A DNA stretch of 63,815 nt, the filler included, from Octopus bimaculoides (lineage: Eukaryota): assembly GCF_001194135.2 (NCBI RefSeq). It is 6 parts of 6 records of this genome, joined end to end, with 100 filler letters (N's around TTAATTAATTAA, not from the genome) between each part and the next. Parts side by side here need not be neighbours in the genome. Positions count along the whole stretch, not along the records: positions 1 to 27,144 come from NC_068996.1; 5 more parts are not named here. One strand, 5' to 3'. The notes under the pieces were generated by a model. It searched no databases and had not been told where the DNA came from. It saw only the letters and a list, made by a program, of their open reading frames with translations. Below are positions 12,916 through 25,539 of the stretch, in pieces. Position numbers and translations under genes: made by a program. Numbering within the stretch: the first letter of the stretch is position 1; every line of letters begins with the position of its first letter.

Positions 12916-12917
12916 AT

Positions 12918-13250
12918 CAAATGATAAAAACCAGTTGAGTATATCCCATGTGGGCTGACGATATCTGGGGGAGTATCATAGCCATGTGTTAAGAGAAATC
13001 CTGAGGGGTTTGAATAATTAACCTCAGGAAATATGGATATTTCGTTCCTCATCTTTAAACAAAACTTATTCAGGGATCATTTGAGTGGGGTGGGCCGGAA
13101 GAAAATTCTAACTGGACCTCACCTGCAAGGTCATGTGCTGTTTATGTTGCTATGAAATCACCATATCGCGCACATATGGTAGTGATACATGAACATGATG
13201 TACTCTTATCACACGGGGCTTCGTATATTTGAAATGCGCTTCTCACACTC
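12918..13250. repeat. Partial copy of the 13683-14575 repeat family
   Basis: Collinear similarity to 13895-14570, in the same orientation. Confidence 0.75.
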
Positions 13251-13269
13251 AATAACAACAACAATAATA

Positions 13270-13610
13270 TAAGGAGATAGAAATTGAAATACAAAAGATG
13301 TGACATCTTCAAGCGAGAACTGTTCCTGTTATTGTCGGTGCCCTAGGTATGATAAGAAATGGATGTCAGAAACATCTGGATAATATCCCAGGAGATCCAT
13401 GCCTCAGAGAAATCCAAAAGATTGTGCTGACAAGTACTGCCCATATCCTTAGAAAAACCCTATCAGTTTAAATGTATGTGCTCTATTATATGAAGATATT
13501 TCGTTACTGCCCCTGCGACTTCCCCTCCCCAAGCTTTCAATGATACTGTAATATCTCTTATTCTTCACTCGCCTTAGGACGCTGGGTGCGTCTCGGCGAG
13601 TGATTGTAAC
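13270..13610 (+). mobile_element. Second R4/Dong-like RLE LINE 3' end
   Basis: KEIEIEIQKM*HLQARTVPVIVGALGMIRNG...LREIQKIVLTSTAHILRKTLSV*. The 3' UTR has a hairpin CACTCGCC...GGCGAGTG (13566-13602) and runs straight into (AAT)n. Confidence 0.88.
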
Positions 13611-13674
<64 letters not shown>

Positions 13675-13682
13675 GTAATAAT

Positions 13683-14575
13683 AAATGCTCTGATGCAGTA
13701 GCAGGCAGTGGTTATGCCCTGGTGCAGTACCAGTCAGTGGCTCCTATGTCCTAATACAGTACCAGGTATTGGCTCTCATGGCTTCTGATCCTAACTGATC
13801 ATCATGTACATTGTTTTGTCTTGGTATAAAAGATTGACTACAGCAAATATTCTGCTCAATACCACAGATTTGCTTGTCAGTTGTTTGGCCTTAACCAGTT
13901 GAGCATGTCCCTTAGTGGCTGATGATATGTGCATCTCTGATCACGAGAAGAAGTAGTGGGGGAGCATCATAGCCATGTGTTGAGAGGAATTCTTTGGGGT
14001 TTGAATAATTCACCTTTGGAAACATGGGTATTTTGCTCAACATCCTTAAACAAACCTTATTCAGGGACCTTTTGAGCGGGATGGGCTACTCGACCTGAAG
14101 AAAATTCTGACTGGTCCCCACCTGCTGTTTATCTTGATATGAGCTCACTATGTCGCACACATATGGTTGTGATGCATGTAACAAGTGTACCCTTATCAGA
14201 CGGGTAGTCATGATGGGTATACTGCACTTCGTAAATTTTACCCCAGTGTCACTTTGAGAGGAATTCTTTGGAGTTAGAATAGTTCACCTCAGGAAACATG
14301 GGTGTTTCGTTCAACATCCTTAAACAACCCTTATCCAAGGACCTTTTGAGCGTGATGGGCTACTCGACGTGAAGAAAATTTCAGCAAAGGTCATGCGCTG
14401 TTAATCTTCATGTGAGATCACCATGTCGTGCACACATGGTTGTGATGCATGTGCCTGGTGTACCCTTGTCAGATGAGTAGTCATGATGGGTATATTGAGC
14501 ATCGTATATTTATACCCCAGTGTCACTTCGATGGCATGCGCTGCTCTCTCACTCAGTCATAATAACGATAATAGT
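13683..14575. repeat. Unclassified ~600-bp interspersed repeat with internal duplications, bounded by (AAT)n
   Basis: It shares GGGGAGCATCATAGCCATGTGTTGAGAGGAATTCTTTGG and neighbouring blocks with 12918-13250 and 15670-16048. It has three ~32-bp tandem units at 13685-13780 and an internal re-duplication from ~14255. Confidence 0.8.
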
Positions 14576-14585
14576 ATTAAGCCTA

Positions 14586-14654
<69 letters not shown>

Positions 14655-14656
<2 letters not shown>

Positions 14657-15660
14657 TTTCATTTATTTGTGAGAGTTTACAAATGATAAAAATAATTAAA
14701 AAAAGGTAAGTATACACGGTACACACAGTATACACATAGTATACACAGGCTTAAAAAGTGGGGGAGGGCTGATAGAAATGTGACCCTCCTGATATAGAAG
14801 GACCTCTAGGGTTAATCGAGGTTTACACTGAGAGAGGTCTACACTGAAAGAGGTACCATCTACTCATGCCATTTTCGCAACTTTCACCCGCCTTTCAATA
14901 AACTCACTCGAAGACAGCACATCCATCTCTTTCAATTTCCTTTTCAAGTGAAACGAAGAAATCAACGTGTGCTCTACCAATAAAGAGTGTATCTGACCTC
15001 ATTCGTTTCAATCAAACAAATTCTTTCTCCACAACCACCAGGCAATAGAAAACCGCCTTGCCTGCCTTATTGGGCGGGGCAATCATCACCATAGACTTGG
15101 CCGACAAATGGATCCGTCCCACATGTGACAGCAGCTGTTCGACAAGTCAGCAACGCCCGGACACTGAACGAGTGCGTGTAGAACGGTTTCGAAACTACTT
15201 TACCCTCGAACAAGTCCGTCTTATAACACATCTGTGCCTATAGAGTGTATTTCGAACCGGTAGCCCTCTTGGTAGCACTGCCAGACCAAGGACATCTGGA
15301 AATTGAACTGGTCCGTCGGTCCAGCGTCCGATGGTATCCGATAGTACTGCCTCTCCAAGAGCCCAACCGTAAATCCATCGATTTATCGGCGTTGATTTTA
15401 GCCTTTGCAACTGAGTGAAATGCCAAACGTCTCCAATTCGAAGGCGTCCGACACCATGACGGTGACATCGTCCACGTATGCCGACACTGCCCGTCTTGTC
15501 CCAGATTTAAAGGGATGCCTCTTAGCCGTTCCAACTTTCACGGACTGGTTCTAGACGCCTGAAGAACTCTGGCCTTCCAGCCCCTGTCGGGGCATAGACG
15601 ACCACCAGTCTAAGGCGCTACCATTCACATTTAGGACCACCAACATGCCGCCCGGATCCA
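14655..15660 (-). mobile_element. Tx1/L1-clade LINE, internally deleted
   Basis: An APE fragment RLRLVVVYAPTGAGRPEFFRRLE is joined to the RT motif AVSAYADDVTVMVSD. A decayed C-terminus and a 3' UTR ending in AATAAA before (ATT)n follow. Confidence 0.85.
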
Positions 15661-15669
15661 ACAAGTTAA

Positions 15670-16048
15670 AATCAGGCTCTCATAGCTTCTGACCTTAAGT
15701 GATTGAAAGTGTTATCATGTACATGTTTTGTCTTGGTCTGAAAGATGGGCTACAGTAAATATTCTACTCAATACCACAGATTTGCTTGTCAGTTGTTTGG
15801 CCTTAACCAGTTGAGCACGTTCCTTGGTGGCTGACAACATGTGCATCTCTGATCACAAGCTGAATAAGTGGGGGAGCATCATAGCCATGTGTTGAGAGGA
15901 ATTCTTTGGAGTTTGAATAATTCATCTTTGGAAACATTTGGTTTCGTTAAACACCCTTAAATAACACTTACTCAGGGATCTTTTGAGTGGGATGGGCTAC
16001 TCGACCTGAAGAAAATTCTAACGGGGCCCTCACCTACAAGGTTATGCG
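15670..16048. repeat. Partial copy of the 13683-14575 repeat family
   Basis: Collinear similarity to 13770-14130, in the same orientation. Confidence 0.8.
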
Positions 16049-17032
16049 CTGAACGACTATGTTGAGTAATGTGAGTGCAGAAGATTCAAGGGTTAATTAA
16101 CATTGCTTTATAGACTTAAATAGATTTGAATAACAGTGACTGACAAGACTCTAGCAGGTGGTTTCAATCAATATGAGAATCGGAATGAATTGAATAAACA
16201 ACAAAAAGAACGGTGATGAATTTAACAACCATAAATAAGAAGAAATGATTGTAAGTATATTTACATGCTGTACGGTAGTAAAACATGGTCGATATTGGGT
16301 AAGACAAAAAGAAAGTTAAATATCTACGGCAGAAGATACAGAAACATCTTGCGCACGACATAAGAAGACAAGATCGCTAAATCTTAAGTGGTTGCTAAAG
16401 CCATATCTGTAATTCTTAATGAACGTTCCTTGCGATCATTGCTCATGTGAGTACATCAATGGAGTCACATCTTTAGGAATCTTCTACATGACAGCTTGGA
16501 TTGAAATGAGTCCTAGCATGCTAGCCTATGTGATATAGAGATATGTGCCAAGAGGCCCTCCATTTAGCGCCAACGTGTCGTCGTTGATATTGACTGCAAT
16601 AAGGAGTGTCACTCTCAAGTAAAATTGTGACGTGTCCCCATACCATAATGAGGGTACGTGAGTGGAGTAAAAGAAGAGTCAAAGCGAATAATAAAACGAA
16701 AAGAAAAATTCACATTGGCTAGAGATTGGCAGAAAGACTTTATCTGCGATGTTTGCTTAAAGAGTAACAGTACCAAACAAGTAGATAAGCGGTTCGTTTC
16801 GTAAGGAGAGTATATTAATTTTTTTTTAATCCTATTAAGTCATTTTCTCAGTTTGAGACACGAGAGAAAGTAGAGTTTTATCCTCATTAAATGTATAACT
16901 ACCAAATAACTTTTCTTTCTGGATTCATAGCCAGAACCACCAGTCAATGAATCAGCTTCAATGCTTACAGTGTTGCCATTATCAAGCACTGTTGTTGTTG
17001 TTGTGTGTGTGTGTAATAATATATATACATAC

Positions 17033-17063
<31 letters not shown>

Positions 17064-17501
17064 NNNNNNNNNNNNNNNNNNNNNNNNNNNNNNNNNNNNN
17101 NNNNNNNNNNNNNNNNNNNNNNNNNNNNNNNNNNNNNNNNNNNNNNNNNNNNNNNNNNNNNNNNNNNNNNNNNNNNNNNNNNNNNNNNNNNNNNNNNNNN
17201 NNNNNNNNNNNNNNNNNNNNNNNNNNNNNNNNNNNNNNNNNNNNNNNNNNNNNNNNNNNNNNNNNNNNNNNNNNNNNNNNNNNNNNNNNNNNNNNNNNNN
17301 NNNNNNNNNNNNNNNNNNNNNNNNNNNNNNNNNNNNNNNNNNNNNNNNNNNNNNNNNNNNNNNNNNNNNNNNNNNNNNNNNNNNNNNNNNNNNNNNNNNN
17401 NNNNNNNNNNNNNNNNNNNNNNNNNNNNNNNNNNNNNNNNNNNNNNNNNNNNNNNNNNNNNNNNNNNNNNNNNNNNNNNNNNNNNNNNNNNNNNNNNNNN
17501 N

Positions 17502-17562
<61 letters not shown>

Positions 17563-18002
17563 ATATACATATATGTACATACACATATGTACGTATATGT
17601 ATATATATGTAAATATATCTTGCCAAAAACCCCGAGAAATCTGCATAGAATGATGGTAGATGCTTTTAACAATCATCTTGATTTTCCAATCTCCAAGATC
17701 CAAAATAAACCAACAACAAGAAAAGAAACCCAAAAGAAGATAGCTCTAACAAACTCCAGCCTTCATCAAGAGTCAACTACAAGAGAATGGGCATTGAAAA
17801 AGTGATGACGTTGGCAGAACCCCAACATGGCAACTACCTTTAGACTAAAGCATCTAACAACATAAACACTCGCACACGCACGCTCAAACGATTAGCTTAT
17901 GAACTTCACTAGCTTACAAATGTTTCTTCTATAAGATGTAGCGGACTCATAGTCGAATGCCTGAGTAACACCTTATAGCTTCATTGGAGCCTCAAATATG
18001 CA

Positions 18003-18050
<48 letters not shown>

Positions 18051-18097
18051 GTGTATGTGTGTGTATACATGTGTGTGTATGTGTGTGCGTGTGTAGA

Positions 18098-18230
18098 ACT
18101 AGCTGTATAGGAAGAAATTTCCTTCCCATCTACATAGTTGTGGGTTCAGTTCCATTGTCAAAGTATCTTCTACTACATCCTCGGGCTTTGTGAATGGATT
18201 TGGTAGACGAAAACTGAATGGAGCCCGTCG
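18098..18230 (+). mobile_element. SINE head B, diverged
   Basis: Contains GGGTTCAGTTCCATTG and GGATTTGGTAGACGAAAACTGAATGGAGCCCGTCG. Confidence 0.75.
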
Positions 18231-18259
18231 TATACATATTTATATGTGTAAGCATGTGT

Positions 18260-18321
<62 letters not shown>

Positions 18322-18644
18322 GGCAAAATTTTATAGCCGGTGTTTCTCTTACAAGGAATAAGTGAAAAAGGCCAGGAATGAGACAAGCAGGAAGTGGGAA
18401 GGAAGTCGGCGTAAGTGAAACGGGCATTGTAAATGAGTGTATGCGTGTATGATATGTGTAGAATATTTAACTGTTCGAAGAGTGTAGTAGACTGTGGTGA
18501 TTTTGCTCAAGGGTTCGGATGTGGAGAAATACAGAGATATCCGGGTTAGAAATGGAAATTTTATATACCCCACATGGAGAAGTTTATTTGAAAAAAAAAA
18601 CTGGTACATCCAACACACAGACAGACACACACACACACATACAC

Positions 18645-18677
<33 letters not shown>

Positions 18678-18793
18678 TATATATATATCCTTTATAGAAA
18701 GCATAAATCCAGAGGAAAAGCACACTCTATGATGTACGAGAAACCCAGGGTAACCTCATAAACTTGCCTTCCCCATTATAATGCGTGTGTGGG

Positions 18794-18845
<52 letters not shown>

Positions 18846-20933
18846 NNNNNNNNNNNNNNNNNNNNNNNNNNNNNNNNNNNNNNNNNNNNNNNNNNNNNNN
18901 NNNNNNNNNNNNNNNNNNNNNNNNNNNNNNNNNNNNNNNNNNNNNNNNNNNNNNNNNNNNNNNNNNNNNNNNNNNNNNNNNNNNNNNNNNNNNNNNNNNN
19001 NNNNNNNNNNNNNNNNNNNNNNNNNNNNNNNNNNNNNNNNNNNNNNNNNNNNNNNNNNNNNNNNNNNNNNNNNNNNNNNNNNNNNNNNNNNNNNNNNNNN
19101 NNNNNNNNNNNNNNNNNNNNNNNNNNNNNNNNNNNNNNNNNNNNNNNNNNNNNNNNNNNNNNNNNNNNNNNNNNNNNNNNNNNNNNNNNNNNNNNNNNNN
19201 NNNNNNNNNNNNNNNNNNNNNNNNNNNNNNNNNNNNNNNNNNNNNNNNNNNNNNNNNNNNNNNNNNNNNNNNNNNNNNNNNNNNNNNNNNNNNNNNNNNN
19301 NNNNNNNNNNNNNNNNNNNNNNNNNNNNNNNNNNNNNNNNNNNNNNNNNNNNNNNNNTGGTGGTGGTGGTGGTGGTGGTAGTCGTGTTGCTGCTGCTGCT
19401 TTTGCTGGTGGTGTTGGTGTTGATGGAGAAATGTCGATGGAGAAAGTAGTTGTAGACGTGGTTGTAATAGTACTTATGGTGGTGGTGGCAGTGGTGGTGG
19501 TGGTGGCAGTGGTGGTGGTGGTAGTAGTGGTGGTGGTGATGATGGTGGTGGCAGTGGTGTTGCAGGTGCTGGTTTTGCTGGTGGTGTTGGTGGCGTGTTG
19601 TCGTTCTTGATGATAATGGTAATGATGACGGCGTTGATGGCGGTGATGGCGCCGGTGTTGTTGATGTTGATGCTGTTGTTGGGTATTGATAGTGGTGGTG
19701 GTGGTGGGGGGTTGGATGGAAGAATGGTGACACAGCAGTTAATGCCACTGAAACAGAAATATCCATAGAAAACGAAAAGGACAACCCCCACCCAATACTC
19801 AATTCTTTTATTGTAACACAAAGAAGACAATATTAAATGAATGGAGCAATGAGGTGAAGGAGCACTATGAGTGTCACAGACGCTGGTCTTTATGTCAGCC
19901 GCTCCCCCCTTTTTTCATTATAAGGATAGTTAGAAGGAGAGAAAGGTTAAGCTAAGGAGGAGTCGGTAGCTTGTCAGGAGGAAAGAAGCTGTTTGGAGGG
20001 CGCTGATGATGGAGGCGATAACGAGGATATGTTCACTTTGTCTCTCCTTTCAACTTATTCTATCTCCCTTCCTCTTTCTCTTTTCTTTTTCTCCATTACT
20101 TCTTCCTTACCCCCCCTCTCTCTCTCTCTCCCTCTTTCTTTCATTCACTATCTCTCTTTCAGTCTCTATCTTATCGCGATTCGCTCTCTATTTCATTACA
20201 TTTTCCGTTTTTACTCTCTCTTTCACTCATTTTTGTTTCCTTCGCTTTCTGCCTTCCTATCTTTCGCCATTCTCACATTCTCTCTTCATCTCATTTCCTC
20301 TCTCACTCTATTTTTCGCTCCTTGTTTCCCCTAAATCTTCAACAAAGTTTTCTAGTCCCCCTCTCCTCCTCTCCTCCACTTCTCTTCTGCTCACCTCCTC
20401 TTCTCTTCTCTCTTCTCCTCCTCTCCTTTTCTCCTTTCTCCTCCTCTCCTCTTCTCCTTCTCTCTCCTTCACTCTTCTCACATACACACAAACTCTCTTT
20501 CCACCCTTCTTTCTCTCTTAAAACCCTGACGAATCAATTAGTGCCTCTCTAATTGACGACTATCGTTTAATCTGTCCAATTTACGACCTCTACCGAAAAT
20601 ATGTCGAGTGGCAGACAATTTTCAAGACTTATTTCCGGTCCCACCAGCTAAAACTACCCAGAGAAATAGGAATGGCAGAACAATAAATAGTTCCAATTTC
20701 AAATAATGCATTTCCTTAAAATATTTGTTAATCAAGCATATATATTTATAGTGAGTTAATTGTGTTTTATTCTCCACCATACAAAATTATTGCATCAACT
20801 TTATGTATATATATGTATATTAGACAGACAGACAGACAGATAGATAGATAGACATACATACACAGACATATAATTGCATACGAACATACACACACAAATA
20901 TATATATATATATGTGTGGATACACACATACAG

Positions 20934-21155
20934 GCGAGCTGGCAGAAGCGTTAGCACGCCGGGCGAAATGTTTAGCGGTTATTTCGTCTGCCGTTACATT
21001 CTGAGTTCAAATTCCACCGAGGTTGACTTTGCCTTTCATCCTTTCGGGGGTCGATAAATTAAGTACCAGTTACGCACTGGGGTCGATGTAATCGACTTAA
21101 TCCCTTTGTTTGTCCTTGTTTGTCCCCTCTATGTTTAGCCCCTTGTGGGCAATAA
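20934..21155 (+). mobile_element. tRNA-derived SINE, family A
   Basis: Head GGCGAGCTGGCAGAAGCGTTAG, B-box-like GAGTTCAAATTCC, body CTTTCGGGGTCGATAAATTAAGTACCAG...GGGGTCGATGTAATCGACT. Confidence 0.88.
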
Positions 21156-21164
21156 AGAAATAAG

Positions 21165-21310
21165 AAGCTTGCTTCCCAACCACATTATACCAGGTTCAGT
21201 CCCACTGCATGGCAACTTGGGCAAGTATCTTCTCCTACAGCCTCAGAGCGATTACAGCCTTGCCTTGTGAGTTGACTTGGCGGGTGGAAACTGAAAGAAT
21301 CCCATTACGT
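21165..21310 (+). mobile_element. SINE head B, 5'-truncated
   Basis: Contains GGTTCAGTCCCACTGCATGGCAACTTGGGCAAGTATC; ends at an N gap. Confidence 0.75.
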
Positions 21311-21594
21311 NNNNNNNNNNNNNNNNNNNNNNNNNNNNNNNNNNNNNNNNNNNNNNNNNNNNNNNNNNNNNNNNNNNNNNNNNNNNNNNNNNNNNNNNNN
21401 NNNNNNNNNNNNNNNNNNNNNNNNNNNNNNNNNNNNNNNNNNNNNNNNNNNNNNNNNNNNNNNNNNNNNNNNNNNNNNNNNNNNNNNNNNNNNNNNNNNN
21501 NNNNNNNNNNNNNNNNNNNNNNNNNNNNNNNNNNNNNNNNNNNNNNNNNNNNNNNNNNNNNNNNNNNNNNNNNNNNNNNNNNNNNNNNNNNNNN

Positions 21595-22444
21595 GTTTTT
21601 AAGAAAGTAGTCTCGAAAGTAATGACAACCTTTGAGAAAGAGGGAAAAATCTCCCCGTCGAAACAAAATTCCAGAAGAAAACCAAAACTTTCAGACAGGG
21701 GCCGTCGGACTCTTACACGAATTGTTAGAAAGGATCACAAAACTACAGCTCCCAAAATTACTGCAGAGATTAATGATCACCTCGAGAACCCAGTTTCCAC
21801 AAAAACTGTTCGCCGGGAGCTGCACAAAGCCGGATTTCATGGGAGGGATGCAATAAAAAAAAACCCCACTACTTTCAAAAACAAACGTTGCAAATGTTTA
21901 GAGTGGAGTAAAAACCTACAGAATTGGTTCCTAGGGCAGTGGAAGAATGTTATTTCTTTGGACGAGTCATCCTTTACCTTATATCCGACCATCGGCCGAA
22001 TATACATGTGGAGACAGCTAAAGGAAGCATTTGACCCAGATTGCCTTCTCCCAACTGTTAAACATGGAAGAGGATCTGTGATGATCTGGGAGGCTATATC
22101 TTCGAAATTTGCCAGCCCAATGGTTTCCCTTCATGGCAGAGTTAATAGTCAAAACTATTAAAGCATTTTATCTGATCAAATTCCTCCTATGGTTGCGTAA
22201 CTGTTTCCGGAGGGAAACGCAATCTATCAGGATGATAATGGACCAGTTCACACAACTAAAGTTGTTACTGAATGGCATGAGGAACATTCTAGTGAAGTTG
22301 AACATCTTATCTGGCCACCACAGTCCCCAGATCTCAATATTATTGAACATTTACGGTGCATTTTAGAAAAAACAAGTAAGGAGTCGATATCCTCCACCAT
22401 CATCACTACCAGAACTGGAGACTGTTTTAGCTGAAGAATGGACA
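21595..22444 (+). mobile_element. Tc1-type transposon fragment with DD36E triad
   Basis: HTH region RKPKLSDR...TVRRELHKAGFHGR, then SLDESSF, PTVKHGRGSVMIW and QDDNGPVH...WPPQSPDLNIIEHL. It starts at an N gap, is 3'-truncated and contains frameshifts/stops. Confidence 0.95.
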
Positions 22445-22763
22445 ATGTGGGGTGGGGTGGGGGTGAGTGGGGTTAGTGTGTGGGTGTGGGTGTGGGTGTG
22501 GTTGTGCATGTGAGTATTTGCATCAGGGTTTGTCCACCACCAGCGCTTGGCAACCAGTGTCAGTGTGTTTACGTCCCTGCAGTTCAGCAAAATAGAACCA
22601 GGCTTCAAAAAAAAAAAAACAGTACTGGGGTCGATTCATTTCACTAAAAGTCCTTCAAGGCGATGTCCCAAGTGGAAGATAAAAGTTAAAAGATATGAAT
22701 ATATATATTGACATGTGTGCATGTTTAGAGCCCTGTTATATACATTTCCACATTCAGAAATGT

Positions 22764-22824
<61 letters not shown>

Positions 22825-22974
22825 TGCTATGTATGTTTGTATGTCCGTACCCATGTGTGTATATATGTGCATGTGTGTATATCTATGGGTACACATAGGT
22901 ATTGTATATATTTTTATGTATGTATGTATGTATGCATGTATGTATGTATACATGGATCTTTTAACTTTTATCAA

Positions 22975-24972
22975 ACACACACACTCAGTTCTTGAAAAGT
23001 CGTACATGAAAGAATTTGAAATGGTGAAGACACGCCAGATTAAGAAGTTTATGAAAATCAAAGGTCAGAGAATGAAGACTGAAATCCGTCACCCACCTGT
23101 GAAAGCAGTAATTAATGTAAGTAGCTCTGAAGAAGCAGTACTAGAAAAGGTCTCAACTTTGCGACAAATCATACGCATTCCATACTTGGACATAATAGCT
23201 CCTATTGAAGAGATAGCCGTAAAGATACCAAAAGGTCAGGGAGATGAACTAAGGTGGAAAGTGAGACAGGTACTAGAAAAAGCGAAACTTCTCAAACCAA
23301 ACATCACTAAGGAAGAAACGTTCGCTATCAAAAGGCTACAGAGTGACAATTCCATCATAATACTCCCAGCAGACAAGGGAAATGCTACAGTGGTGATGTA
23401 CAAATCTGACTACTCGAAAAAATTGGCAAGTCTTATAAGTGATGGTAGCTACAGCAAAGTAAAGAAAGACCCTACTTTGAAAACGGAGTGGAAGTTGTTA
23501 CAAATTTTGATCAAGAACAAGGATAACTTTACACCAATGAATTACAGACTTAATACCACAGTAAACTACCACATATGTGCGGTTTTCACAAGGATGATAT
23601 TATATTAAGAACTATAGTGAGCTGTAGAGGTTCAGCATGTCATCCACTGAGCCGCTTCCTTGTGAATATAATCAGTCCATTAGCAGGAAAGTGAACATTG
23701 TACGTGAAGAATTCCACCCACTTCACGGAATTGATCAAGAATACCCCCATTGAATCCAACCAGATGGTGAGTCTAGATGTGATAAGTCTGTTCACCAAAG
23801 TCCCAACTGGTGAAGCACTATCAGTGATTCAAGAAAAACTAGTGACAGACATCCATCTAAAAGAACACACTAGTATACCAATAAGAAACTTGATGGAAAT
23901 GTTGACCTTCTGTGTAGAAACTACCTACTTCAGTATGGACACCGATATATATTGACAAGAAGAGGGTTTAACTATGAGTTTAACTATCGCCATTATCACC
24001 GATAATAGCCAATATACACATGGAATACTTTAAGAATTTAACTTTAGGATCAACACCACTAAAATCAACCCTATGGCTGCGATATGTTGATGACACCTTC
24101 ATATTATGGCTCCACCAGGAAGATGTCCAAGTGCTGTTAAATCATGTGAACTCAATAAAGCCATCCATACAGTTCACAATGGAAAAAGAAAAAGACAATC
24201 AGCTGGCATTCCTGGACGTATTAATAACACGCACCAAGTATGGATTCAGGACATCCGTATACCGTAAGCCGACCTTTACTGGACGATACCTCAACTTCAA
24301 TTCCCACCATCCATACAGTGTAAAGAGAGAGATTGCTCAGTGCCTAAATCATCGAGCAAAGAATATAAGCAGTGACCACGAAGAAATGATCAAGCTCAGT
24401 AAAAATGTATTAAGCAACAACTACCCAAAAAACATACTCTTCACTCCAATTTGGAAGAGAAGAGAGGATGAAACCGATAAACTGTCCATAGTCTGTCTAC
24501 CCTATGGGAAAGGCTTCTCCGAAAAGATACAAAAGATATGCGGCCCATATGACATCAGGACAGTATTTAACAGTAATACAACACTTCGCAAATATCTCCT
24601 TTGAGTAAAACAATCAATAGAAGAGAATATGACCAAAGACAGCATGTACTCCATCCATGCAGCTGTTGTAGGTTATACAAAGGCGAAACATGTCGCCCCC
24701 TCAAAATAAGGGTAGAGAAACATCGCAAAGCTGTGACACAGGGAGATATTGATAAATCGGGTATAGCTGAACATGTTTGGGAAAACGGAGACCACCTCCC
24801 CTTGTGGGATGAAGTTAAAATAATAGACAGAGAACACCACTGGAAAATACAAAAACTAAAAGAAGCAGCACATATGGTAGGGCACAACAACCTCCTAAGC
24901 AGACCGAGTGCAGATATGAATAGCATATGTGAATCGGTATTAAGGAAGGATAGGAGAATATTAGATTTATAA
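22975..24972 (+). mobile_element. Penelope-like retroelement (RT + GIY-YIG endonuclease), frameshifted
   Basis: Consecutive ORF pieces carry PLE motifs: IIILPADKGNATVVM, MVSLDVISLFTKVP, WLRYVDDTF, LAFLDVLI, VYRKPTFTGRYLNFNSHHP. A GIY-YIG-type C-terminus follows: PCSCCRLYKGETCRPLKIRVEKH...SGIAEHVW...WDEVKIID...KLKEAAHM. Confidence 0.95.
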
Positions 24973-25001
24973 GTCTTAAAATTCACTCCATAATTGCCCA
25001 C

Positions 25002-25076
25002 GGGCATATGGCTTAGTGGATAAGAGCGCGGGCTACTTACCACAAAATTCCGAGTTCGATTCCAGGCAGTGACCTG
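25002..25076 (+). ncRNA. tRNA-like Pol III head directly 3' of the PLE ORF; not a functional tRNA
   Basis: A-box TGGCTTAGTGG and B-box GAGTTCGATTCC are at tRNA-like spacing. The acceptor stem is poor, and an (AAT)n tract follows. Confidence 0.6.
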
Positions 25077-25539
25077 AATAATAATAATAATAATAATAGC
25101 AGCAAAAACAAATATCCGTCAATTGTAAATAATGTAAATAATGTGCACATTATATATAATACACTGCTTTATTTTGAGATAGCTAGTGTTAACAATACCC
25201 GCAAATAAAATACAGACTGGAGTTGTAGTGCTCTAAGTGAGCTATATTCCGTTTAATAATCTCAATGGAGGCAATGCAAGCGGAAACTAGAGAAACATAA
25301 TTAATAACCACACACAAAATCAAATATATACATATATTCTTCTACATTTATAAAATGGATATAGAAATTCCAAATATATAAATACAAAAATACATATAAG
25401 TAGATAAATATCGATGTGATACATAAAACACAGTGGATTTTTAGATTTAAAAGTTATAATACATTGGTGTAATAAAAATTTGAGGGGATAAAACATTAAA
25501 AGGACGTACATACCACGAAAATAATACAAACATTTTAAA

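Noticed and set aside
13683-14575. CTGATAAG on the minus strand of the unclassified repeat as a hammerhead core
   Set aside because: It is not CTGANGA, and I found no correctly placed GAAA box with supporting stems.
25002-25076. Possible bona fide tRNA gene
   Set aside because: It has A/B boxes but no proper 7-bp acceptor stem or T-run terminator. I treat it as an element head instead.
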